DNA of 64,000 nt from Styela clava (Eukaryota). Where the stretch lies: positions 10,912,001 to 10,976,000 of the forward strand of contig NC_135263.1 of NCBI RefSeq assembly GCF_964204865.1, read 5' to 3'. The notes beneath the pieces are model-generated. The model did not search any database. It saw only the letters and a list, made by a program, of their open reading frames with translations, and was not told where the DNA came from. Below are positions 18,501-30,500 of the stretch, piece after piece; position 1 is the stretch's first letter, and every line of letters starts with the position of its first letter. A program made the translations under genes and the position numbers.

Positions 18501-21197
18501 CTGAAAGAACTAGTACTCACTGATATGTTTGGAGTTAATAAGTTTTTATAGAACTAGAATCTCACTGATTTGGCATATTTTGACCTAATGTATCACACCC
18601 TGTAGGAGATAATTGACATAGGGTTTACTGCACAGTTGAGTTCACAGTATGGGGTTTAAAATTGAGTCATTCTGCATTTATGATAGAGTATGATCAAAAA
18701 TGTCTGCGAAGTCTGCTACAGACATGTGTATGTGTAAGTTGATAGCAAAGTCATCATATACAGTGATAACTACTTAGACACTCATTCTTATTCTTGATAC
18801 TTCTATCAATTTATACAGTATGATTAAGTCTCAAAAAACTTGAATATTACATTATTATTATGATATATTTGAATGCATATTATCATTTTTCAATATTTTT
18901 TCAGGATATATACAACTCTTGCAGATCACACAACAAATAAACCAGAAATTCATGAATATTTGAATAAAGCCTTTGAAATGTCTAAAGAAGGAGAAGATAG
19001 ATTACAAGAAGGTGAAGCAGCTTATAGACTTGGCTGTGCATACGAGACATCACATGATTCAGAGACAGCTATTGAGGTATTTTCTGTTATATATACCTTA
19101 CCTTTTTATATAATATGTCTCAGAAATTTTTACTTTCTTGAAAGAAATAGTTTGATAGCGTTTGATTGGTAGGACAGGTTATGATAAATTTTAAACTACA
19201 ACTATCCATTTGTTGTTTGCCAGTCCCAGTTGCTACTTGTAATTAGTGACTTACCTTGTTTAATATATATGGGTTGATGAGAAGATATTTTTAACAAAGT
19301 AATTGAATGCTTTGCTATGAATGAGACTTTGAACATAAACTACATTTTTTAAACTACGAGTTTTTATGCTTGCAAATAATGTAGTTTTTTTGTTTCGCAT
19401 GGCCTAACCTATCTTCTGTAGTCCCAATCCTGGACTTACCGCGGGACCATTTGGCAAGATTGCCCAGTTGTTATCTAAGGTCATCATGAGACCTCCACCG
19501 CGAAGACTAGAAAATTACTGAACAATTCTTAATCAGAAATTTCGTTATTTAGTATCTTAACCAGTGTCTGACAACAGCAACAGAATGCAAGGAAAATGAA
19601 TTAATAGGAAAGGCATGTGAAGCTCTTGCGAAATCTCATCAAACTTTGGGTGGGATTCCAAAATCTATCGAGTTTTTGGAAATATTTGCAGCAACTTCTA
19701 AAAACAGTGGAAGAAAGACGGAACTTGTTGATGCGTGTAACTGTCTCGGAATCATCTACAATACATTGGTAAGATTTATGTAATTGTCATGTAGTTGTGA
19801 TAGGGGATTGACGCCATTTTTATTTGCAATCTACTACCATAAATGATTTTTTTTAAATTATAGAAAAGTATGATTTGTAGACTTTGGATATATATATATT
19901 ATATTGAGTTGTATTTTAACTCATTTGTCAATGGAGTTTATTTCATTCCTGGAGGGTTTAACTATTGTTAGTTGTTACTATAGCAAAAGGGTGTTTCATA
20001 TACTTTTTTGACCAATAGTAAAAAAAAACGAAATTCATTTGACAACAATGGAGGCAAATATTTTCACAAAACCTTTTTTGTCCAAATTTGTCAATTATTT
20101 TTTATGTTTACTCTAAATAATACCTTTTTTACCACAATTGCTCCATTTTATTTGAGCTAGTGTGGCCAAAAATGTTGGATGAAAAATACACATTTTTATT
20201 TTTACAGGGTAAATATGAACAATCCATCTCTCATTTCAATGATTCTTACAATGTTTCACAAGAACTCCAAGAACAAGAGGAAGAGAATCCTCTTCCAGAT
20301 GACATGATGCAGGATACTAATAGACCTGCTCTGGAGGAATGTGCTTCTCAACTAGGAATTGCAAAGGGAAACAAACTTCTTGAAACTTTTTCATCAAATA
20401 TGGAAATAATTGAGAGGGTGATGATGGAAAGAATCGTAGCGTGGAAAGATGAAAGATCGGATGAATTTGGACAGCCATTACCTCAACCGAGTGAGTTTTT
20501 CTCTCAAACTAAAATTTAAATTTTCTTTTCCAACTCAGGGGAGAGAGTCTATAAAATAGCTCAATCACAATGGTAAATCAAACCCCTATGTCATCCAGTT
20601 TCTTCTCATGATAGAGAAGAATGTAAATGATAGATGATTATGTGAACAACCTCCCAAAAAGCTGCAGCAAGTCTCTCAATCTTGCCAGCTTTATCTTTCG
20701 TCAAGCCGCACCTCTCATTCCTGAATAGATAATTATTTACACTTTTTATATGCATAAACGTAGCTGGTGAAGGAAGCATCCAATGAAATATCATTTCAGT
20801 TTTGTTAGGATGTTTTCTGATCAAGATGTAAATGCAGATTTTGATTCTAATCCTGCTTTCAGTATATATAATTATTTGTACTTGCATCCGAAATCGGTTA
20901 CATCAAACCACTACTTCTGGTGTAAAAAGTATAATATAAACGAACGTCCTGAAGTATGCGCACCAAGATGGCGAACAACCTGAACTCAGGTTGTGTACCA
21001 GGTTAGGGTTCTGGTTACGCGACATCTTGGTACGCATACTTCAGGAGCCCCATATAAACATATTTTTTGTTACAGAACTACCAACCCCGCCACCTTCACC
21101 AGAGAAAGTTCCAGATCCTACAGAGCCTTTCACTGATGCGGAAAGACAAAGACGACAGTCTGGGTCACGTGCTTCAGAAGCCGGGAGTACTTCTTGA
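15525..21197 (+). CDS. TTC29: Tetratricopeptide repeat protein 29 (about 515 aa)
   Basis: Exons 15525-15639 (GC donor, uncertain), 15856-15967, 16586-16727, 16918-16999, 17465-17650, 18239-18356, 18905-19076, 19553-19768, 20208-20490, 21076-21197. Motifs MTSLP, YRNSYIHNLCVKMLKEGYHQSFDELF, PLEDQHEKLD, IKLDGRRRESEAH and FYQLTLGRLWADE match TTC29. Confidence 0.9.
17950..18195 (-). mobile_element. tRNA-derived SINE-like repeat in a TTC29 intron
   Basis: B-box GGTTCGAATCC on the minus strand; its 3' part is homologous to 63895-64000 (shared CGAGAGGCCGTGGTTTGCYATATGATTAAGC). Confidence 0.55.
20941..21050. mobile_element. About 110-bp palindromic MITE-like repeat, copy 1
   Basis: Inverted arms TCCTGAAGTATGCGCACCAAGATG / CATCTTGGTACGCATACTTCAGGA around a TGTGTACCAGGTTAGGGTT core; second copy at 49707-49816. 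Confidence 0.75.
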
Positions 21198-24100
21198 TCA
21201 ACATGCTTGAAATTTTTTGTTCATACATTTTATTACAAATATATATTTTCATTTGAGCCTTTATCTTCACTGCTGGACATTTTTCTTTAAGTTGTATCAG
21301 TAAACTTGAACACAAACTATTATGTTTAATTTCGATTGATGTTAAATCCAAGAAAGGAATCATTGCAAAGCTTAAACTTGTGTCGCTTACATGACAACGA
21401 AATATCTTAAGGAATATAAGGATCTTTTATACAAGCCAAGACTACGGTATGATGAATAGCTTTTACAAGCCCTATGGTGAATGAATATCATCTGCGAGAT
21501 CGTGAAGAGTATAGAACGACCGAGCGGTGGCGCCAAAGGTCTAACTGTAATCGGCGCCCTGCTCTCGCCATCACACCAACGAAAGACGTTTATTCGCGAT
21601 TTGGCCATATTCTAAAGAAATTTCTTGACTACATAACATATAGTACCGGCATATGAGCCCAAAGACATAAAGAAAGAAGACAGTAACAAATGCGGCCGCA
21701 CAATTTTTCAATAATCTAAAGCAGTTTATGTTTCTAACATAAGGTCATTATAATAAAACTAAATGAATATTCTGCTTCGCATGAACAATCTTCAGTCTTG
21801 ATTTTTTGGCAAGAGTTGCACCTAATAGATGGTCTTGTATAACTGCTATTGTTGTTGAAACAAAAATTCGTTTTGATATATTTATGGCTTGCTCTCTTTT
21901 TGGAATTATCCAAGAGAAAATTATATGCACGCAGCTGCAACTCATCCGGGTCATACAAGGTAATCAACACCGGATCACCTGGAATGAATATTTCATGCAA
22001 ACGCATTTTAAATTCCCTCTTGCATTATTAATCAAACCAATTGAACTCTTATCGTTCTCGTCGAGTTGTAATAAGTATTTGCGCACCAATATTATGTAGT
22101 GAATCTCTCAAACTAGATAGAACGATATATAACCTAAAAACACGCGTTTTAAAAAACTGTCGATTTTAAGTGAAAATTGTATATTTATTTGTGTTTGTCA
22201 GAAAATCAACAGATTCATTTTAAAACATTTTTTCAAATTTTTTTGTTGTTTTTATATTTTCTAGGTAAACTATTTTCGAGTGGCTCCACAGCCGCCATAT
22301 TTGTTATGTTGGGTAATACTAATTAGGTATCATAATAAGCTGAAAAAAATGGGAAAAAATTGAATTAGAAATGTTGAAAACATAAATCAAATATTCAAAA
22401 ATAATTTTTCGAGTATTTTTTTTCGAAAAACTCCAAATATATATGAGATCTACTCATCATTATTGCGTCTCTAAATCCATGAAGAAAAGTTTTATACGAA
22501 AAAAAATTAGCCTCGGTATAAAAATATGGAAGCGCCAGAACTTTCAGTGAAATTACAATATAAAAACAAAACAGTATTCTGTTCAGTATTCAGTATAACC
22601 TTGAAAGTTTATGTAGAATTTGATAAAAATTCGTTCGCCACGATTTCATAAAACTAGAAACAATAATTTATGCAATTGACGAATCAATTCGGCGGTTCAG
22701 AAAGGAGCAACAGTATTATTTTCGAAAAACTCACTCACTCAGCCTAATTACCGCTGCTGTTTGTAAAATACTTTATATAAGTTTCAGACATGACTTAAAC
22801 AGAATTTTGTACAAAGTTTTGATACAATAAATTTTGCCGCTAGATGTCAATAGTGAATTCGATACCTATCGTCCAGCAAATTTATTCTTCATCGGAGAAA
22901 TATGTGCCTCAGATTGATTCAAAAATCAACATCTTGTTATTTGTTTCTTTATGTTACTCCAGGAAGCTGGCAGGACTTAACTAACTGCGATTTTCATTAC
23001 AGTTTACACACAACTTGGCGCTTTTGAATCCTTTTATTCCTCCAACGTCAGAAATTTTGATTTAATTTAATAAAGGAATTTAATCCTCCAATGAGCAGAG
23101 TCTGTTACAACAAGCTCTGATAAGCACTGAAAATTCAATCAAATTTTAATCTCGAGCTCCCTGTTACATAATTTGAAATAAATTTTTATTTGAAATGTGA
23201 AAATTGAATAAGTATATTACATCAGTCAAGGCAACTGAGAGAATCAAAATATCAATCGCCGTTTTATCAATGTTTTTTTTTTTTTTTCATTTTGAATATG
23301 GTGAACATTACTTTAGATTAGACTATGTTTATGCAAACATTCATGCAAATCAAGCACTCAAAAAGCAAGCACTTACTCATAAAAATATTGGAAATTTTCA
23401 ATATATATCAGTATACTACATAACATACTCTCCCATAGCCACAAGAATAGTCTTAATTATCTTCTTTCTAAACCCAAAAAAGATAATATAATAACATTAT
23501 ATTGCTGATACTCTGTCAGCATATCAGAAATTTGAACTAAAAATTGGTGAAAAAGAAAATTACTATTGAAAGCATAATCGACGGAATAAAAACCGCGCTT
23601 AAAGTAAATCTCTACATACAGACCACGCCAGTTTTTCCGAATACATGTAGGCTATTTGTCAATAAAATCAAGTAGTTGAAATACATCGCTTCGCCTAGAC
23701 TTAGATGAATTGGTTCCATCGTGAAAAATCCATTAAGTTCTTCTAAAACCCAAGGGTCGAAGGTGTTTGGTAATGGCGTGACTGTAGAAGAGAGTAAATA
23801 AAATTTATAAGAAAATGCATCATCGATAACTTTTAAATTCAACATAGGATTTGTATTTCACACAACAATGATTGTATTTTTTCAACGTATTTTTCTGAAT
23901 TTATTCGAGTTTTTTTTTAATCGTTATTATATAAAGAATCAATGTTTCTTTATATATAACGAGCCATAAAAGTGATGTCAAGGGTCAACAGTCAAAGTTG
24001 AATGTCAGCTGTATTGCAGTGAAGACACAGTGTCTATTTCAGGAAGCTGCTTTTTGTAATTCTTGTTGTCAAGCGAGGACCACATCTAAATCCAACCTTT

Positions 24101-24459
24101 AGCGCCTTAAGTTATATATACATCGTGCTTGCATGTGAATAAGAAAGTAAACTTAGTGCTCTACTCTCGGGGCCTTTTGGGGGATTTTATTGATAAATCA
24201 TTTTGGGATCGTGAATAATTTATGATTTTGCAACTTACTATAACTTTTGCTCCAAAAGTTCGTCGCAAGCGTTAAAAGTCGAAATCAACTTTTTCTCTAA
24301 TTCATAAATCATTTTTTCGTGCATTCATTTTCATCGTGTATAGTGATGTAATGTTGGCAAGTACTGAACGATTGTATTGTTAATCCAAATATAAATCATC
24401 TTGTGTATTTCGATTATCATTCAAAGGATGTAGTGGTTCTGCATTTGAATCTATGTTGC

Positions 24460-24545
24460 TACCGTGTTTCCCCGAAAATAAGACCTAGCCTGAATTTTAA
24501 AAACGATTTTAATATAAGCCCTCTCTTTCAAATAATACCAAGTCA
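24460..24545 (+). mobile_element. Relic end of a Tc1/mariner (pogo-like) element
   Basis: TA followed by CCGTGTTTCCCCGAAAATAAGAC is a typical terminus; no partner end found. Confidence 0.4.
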
Positions 24546-27500
24546 ATAACGAGAATTTTTTTTGTCTAGTGGATAGCAAAAAAATTGTCCTACACGTTTT
24601 AAATGATTAATAATCTATGTTTTGCAGTTATTTTGAATAAAAACGTGTAAAAAGATTTTTGAAAATTCCGCAATTGTCAACTTTGTAATTTTTTTTTTTG
24701 ATAAATGTAAATATACCAAATTCTTTGCTAATAGTAATAAAACACATGGCAGATGAGTAAAATACAATCATAAGATTGTAATGCAAGGCCAGAGTATGTA
24801 TTTTGCACGTTAATATTTGCAATCACAAAAAGAAAGCCAATATATTGGCTAATAAAATAATATATTAATGAAACCAGTAACCGTATCCTTTTGATATCCT
24901 ACCACTTAGCCTTTCTTATCATTGAATAAAAGGTATAATTGTAAAAATATCATCATAGAATATTTAGACATTTAAACGTATTTCGGTATCATTTTCAGAA
25001 CTCGTCTGCCAGTGTCGCATCTCCAGCTTTGAATTTGAAATTTAGTTCCAGGCACCTGATTGGTTAGTCACTACATTTAAAATCTGGGCTACCACGTGAG
25101 CATATATCAAAAAATACGCAACACTTTCTCGGTACCGCATATATAATTTTAATTAGTCTTGCTTGGTAAAATATTGCTTTAGTTCGAAGTAAATATAAGA
25201 AAAAATAAGTTAAATTTCATCTATATTTTCACTGATCTAAATAATAGGTCATGTCATTGTTTACTTCTGACCTAGAAAAACTAATCAAAAATTCATTTTG
25301 TCGAGATCATAGAAGACTTTAAAAATAAACAAATTACTTTTCACTAAGAAATAACTGACACGATAAACATTCTAGATAACGAAAAACATGTTATATACCT
25401 ATCTAGCACCTATCTATTCAACAATACAACCAAAACATAGTATTCTCTTATTTATCTAATCATCGGTGAGAGTACTTCGTTCGGACAAAAAGACCTTAAT
25501 AATTAATTACGATTTGAAACATTAATTGAGGTTTTAATATTAATGAAATATCTAATGGGAAGACAGCGATGAAATTGACATGAAATCGTGTTTATTTCAA
25601 AGGTTGAAATTGATATTGGTTGTTCATTATTCACGAACTTATTTCAATAATTGATTCAAATCCCTAAAAACATTTTCCATCTACCACCTTGCATTTTGGA
25701 TTTAAAGTTTGGATGAAAAAATTAAAACAAAATGATCAGCTTTTGCAAATGACGGAAGCAAAACTTACATAGGTTTATGTTAACAACGTTAAAACACACA
25801 CATTCATTTGAGACACAGTATAGTATTTACTTGCATATTTAGGTCTAAAATCATAATGTTAGTTTACCCAAAACATATCTGAGAATTCTTTGAGGTGTTT
25901 CATATTAACATTTCAATCAAAACTATTTTTTGAAAGCACTGATAGAAAATAAGAAGCATATTACAAGGTGGACTTATGTTTTTGTGGTCAATATTGGTAA
26001 AAAATCCACTTGCCAGATTTATTTCTTGTAAATATCGCAAAATTTGAATTTAAGCATGTTGTTTGATCTAGGTTTTTATGCTAATTCCATAACATTGAAA
26101 CGTTGTTTGGGGTTGTCGCGTCTTACTAGTTCTGTAGGTATGAGGCGGAAATTCTGCTTTTATGCATAAAAATTAGGCTGTTTAATATTTATTGAAGTTG
26201 AAATGGCACCGTGCATTTAAAATGAGCGAATTCGGTACGTACAACTAAATATTTTATACATGAATACGCATATGGTAGACTGCCCCGTCCCATGTGACCC
26301 ATTTGATAATTCAGTCAACGAATTTATTTCTGACAAGCATGGGCCGTAAATTATAAACTTAATTTAAATATTTAACATACTTGATTATGCATGACACAAA
26401 ACAAATTGTCCACCTGGGGAATCGGACCCACATTAAAATTACAACACAGTATGTGGTATCGAAGGCGAAAATAATGAATAAGAAATAAGACAGCATGCAT
26501 GGTATAGCACATATACAAAGAATCCAATATTTTACTGATAAAAAATTAAAGGGGCCCATCCCCCATGGAATGCAAAATTCAGACGTAGAGCTAGAATATG
26601 AAATGTGCAACTAAATATTTAAATACACGACGCCATCCTGCATATTGCATTAAAAAGGACCAATTCACCAGTCGGATTTTTATTTGGTTCTAGTGCTTGA
26701 TGAAGAAACCAAGTATAAATGATATATTATCAAGTTTATATATTTGGATGTGAACTCATGTTTGAATCGCTTTAAAAAAAAGAAGAATGTAATTGACGCT
26801 GGCAAAGGAGTAAACGATTACTGAAATGGAATATATATAACTTTAATAATATCAAAAAAAAATTCGGATCTACAATGCGGGCAAAATAATGTATAGATAA
26901 TTTTTACAAACGTTGATAATGGGCGACCTGTTGGAATACAGCCATGAAAAAATTTATTACAGTGGAATATATGCTGAAGAGGGATACGTACTGAAAGCGT
27001 GCTATTGAAATTGCTACAAAAGAAATGCATAGCAATATGTTCAGTAGGGGAGGTATGTGGATGTACTGTTTTTTATTTTATTTAAGAATATATCCATTTC
27101 TACTGATAACGTCGTCTCCATATTTCAAAAATCGATGGTGTAAAAACATCATACATATATATAGCATTATTTTGAAGCTTATCAGTCAAAATCACCAAAA
27201 TGTAAAATCGCTTTGCTTTCCGTGTTTGTTATTTCTTTGTTTATTCAACAGTCAACCCCAATTAAGTTGCACATATGGATGTCAATGTCTCTTGATGTCA
27301 GTTGTTTGGTAAAAAATCGCTCTCGTGGCGACTGTAAAGACTGCAAAGCGGCATCCGTGGCTTCCCAAAGGGATATACAGATTTGGTAAATCGATGGTAA
27401 TGGACCTTTGATCGGTTGGAACGGTAAACAAAAAAAATCGAAACTCGTTATCACAGAAAAGAGTCAACATCAATGGCCAATATGTCGCGAGAGATGCCGC

Positions 27501-30500
27501 GTTGGTTAGATATGTTATTCCTGTCTAATTTGCATTTTAAAAGCTAAGTCATCAACAGTCTATATATATCGTGATTTGTTCATGAATATTATTACTCGGG
27601 TCACGTAAGGTCAACGACTATTTGTGATAGAACGAATGCGCATGAAATCTAAATCGTTTTACGGGTTGTTCAACAAACCAAACAATTTTGATATCGATAC
27701 TTTCGAATTGACTATTGCAAGAAAATGCACTACTGACGAATTTCAACTTGACTGTCTTTAACTTAAGTGTAAAAGCCAAATTAGTCGCGTTGCGCACAAT
27801 GTTTGATATTAAATAGCGGGTACTGTCACGTGACATTACCCTCCGGCTATTTGTCATGTGCAGCTAAATAATCAAAACAAATAATGTAGTAGCTCCCAAA
27901 GTTTAGGTATGCAGGAAACGCGGAATGAATCAATCAACTGTTTGGCGACTGAAATAACCTATATTTTTTGTAATTTTGTCAAACACAATCTAAAGAAAAT
28001 TTTGGGTCAAGCTTCAGTCGGATTCGGATACCCGTCCTGCGCGTCTCGCCAATATCATAAATAAACAGACTCTCTTTCCAATTCGAGTACGACGCGGCAA
28101 AAATCACCTCAGTCTTGTTTGTGGTCTCGGAAATCGCCACCAACAAGGATGAAGAAGCAAATTGCCGGTATATTTTGTTATTGAACCAATAAACAGTTCA
28201 AAGTAGCAACTGCCCCGTCATTATTATCCAATTCAATGAATGAATATAACCACCAATCAGACTTCACGTCACGAATCAGTTACCCAGGCAAGTATTCAGA
28301 ACAAATCCTTCGCTATTTAAATGTTTCATGAAAGAGACACCCCAATCCCAATAATTGAATAACAAGATACGTGTCGCAAGAAAAGCGTATCTAAAAAGTC
28401 TTTCTTTAAACACAGACCACGCATGGCAATCAACAGCCGATCTGAATTGAATGAAACTTTATTATGCGAATTTGTTATAACGATCAGCAAAATTACCGGG
28501 TAGTACATATCGTACAAAGGTAAAATTCCAATATTATTAATACCAGGCTTACAAGTCAAGCAGATATATTTTGTCCATATAATTGCAACCTTCAATTCAA
28601 TTAAAGGATAAAAAGACAATGTAATGGTGTAGCAATAACGTAATATGTAACCTTTTTGATGGGGGTCGAAATCCAGTAGAAAACGCGTGGGGCGAATGAT
28701 GATTAAAGACGTTCGCGTGTTATTGGGCACCAATTACTTGTAGTTATGTCCCCAAGCTTCTCATTATGGATTTGTTTACCCTCTTCTCCCCATTTAGGGA
28801 TATTTTCGTGATATTGTGAAATGAATTAAATTGTAATGTCATAAAAAAGTAAAATTACACAGTATATATATGAAAGAAGAAAAATGTGATTTTTTAATGG
28901 AAAAGGTTGTATTATCCTAGTACTTTATATGTTTCATCTAATGCCCCGTTGATCTTGTAGTGCAAATATTACCAAAATTGTACAGAATCTGGATATATAA
29001 TGCATTTTTATATCACCAGAAAAGCGCCTGTTGAAAAGTGAATCAGATAATCAGTATATAGTAAAAATATGCCAGATAGTCGTATATTGTTACCGACTCA
29101 AAAACACCGAATTTGTTTGGAATACCATAATCATTTCGGGTTTGCGCACACGACTAAAAAGAAGCAGATGTGAAGGATTAGAATGAAACGCAAACGCCCT
29201 CTTCAATGTATTCATTCCTCAATGTATTCACGATCAAGATTAGTAAAGAGTTTTAAGCCGGTTCAAGTCGGACTTGATTCTAAAAACATCGAATCCGATT
29301 TTATAAAATTGATTCATGTTTTCCAAGTAATTGTTAACAAAAACAGTGCATCTACTTTGGACATGAAAAATGAATCCTTAACTTTTTGATTACCCTAATT
29401 GAAGTATCTTACAGTAACGTTATTCAACACATTCATGGTCTCAATACAAATATAGTTTTAAAACAATAAAAGTTGTCAACTTGTATAATTATACACATTA
29501 TATGGTATGTAGGAATTCGAAATTCCTTGGTCACAGGACAATTTTTGATCTCATAATGTGCTCAGCCAAATACGCATTTGACGACCTAATGATAGATTAG
29601 TCACGGTACCAGACACGCGCCTGTTGTGTATCGGGTGGATGTTGGAGTATGTAATAAAGAAACAAGGAGACGAAAGTAGGGTGAGGCAAAATTGATCGAT
29701 TAATCCACAGCCTACATGCATAGCCAATTTTTCGTTTTAGAAATTGTGCAGTGTTTTTTATATAGAAAGTTTTGATTCACATTACACATATGGGGTTGTG
29801 ACAGTAGTCTCTGAACTGCATAGGCTTTCTACACAACAGTACGCAATATTTGAAAGTTACAAACAGTGAACGGCCATTGTGCTGAAATCGTTTCTTGTTG
29901 ATTTAGTATATTGTGACCATAAAATCTTGCATGGATTGATGATATCAAGCCGTTGCCCCTTTTGTAATGATATGATTACGTCATCCCCCTGGTGAAATTG
30001 GCAGCAACCATTACCGAATTTCGTTGCATTAAGTAGCGGCTGACTGCACGAGATCGATGCTAATGTTTTTTCTTTTCTTCCCACATCTAGACTGACGATC
30101 CAATGTGACACCACGGAAAAGCACAGTCAGGAACACAATCTAGCGACAAAATCTTTGTGACAGAAGCTTTTAAAAACAAAATATTGAAATGCTAACTTGG
30201 ATAAACAACGTTACAATTCAGCAAGCGTGATGTTTCATGAAAACAGCTTCATGCTGTACCACGCAGTCATACATCCCCGTCTGAAACAAAATGGCGACAC
30301 TAGACATGCAAGAAATCACCTCAAGCGTAAAGGTTGACGATAACGGGTCTCGATGTCATGAAAAAAAGAACTCACCTCGGGTCCATGCTAATAATTTGAG
30401 CTTCAAACGAGACTGTGCCCCGCCGCGAAATTTGAGCCTGGCTCCGGAAAAAGCCTGCCTTCCTTTAGCTAGAGCTAGTCTATCTATCCATTCCCGGATA

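Noticed and set aside
21734-22099. Four overlapping short ORFs downstream of TTC29
   Set aside because: No recognisable domain or consistent splice structure; possibly a repeat fragment.
27466-27516. Imperfect hairpin resembling a pre-miRNA
   Set aside because: Pairing is weak in the inner stem and I recognise no known mature miRNA.
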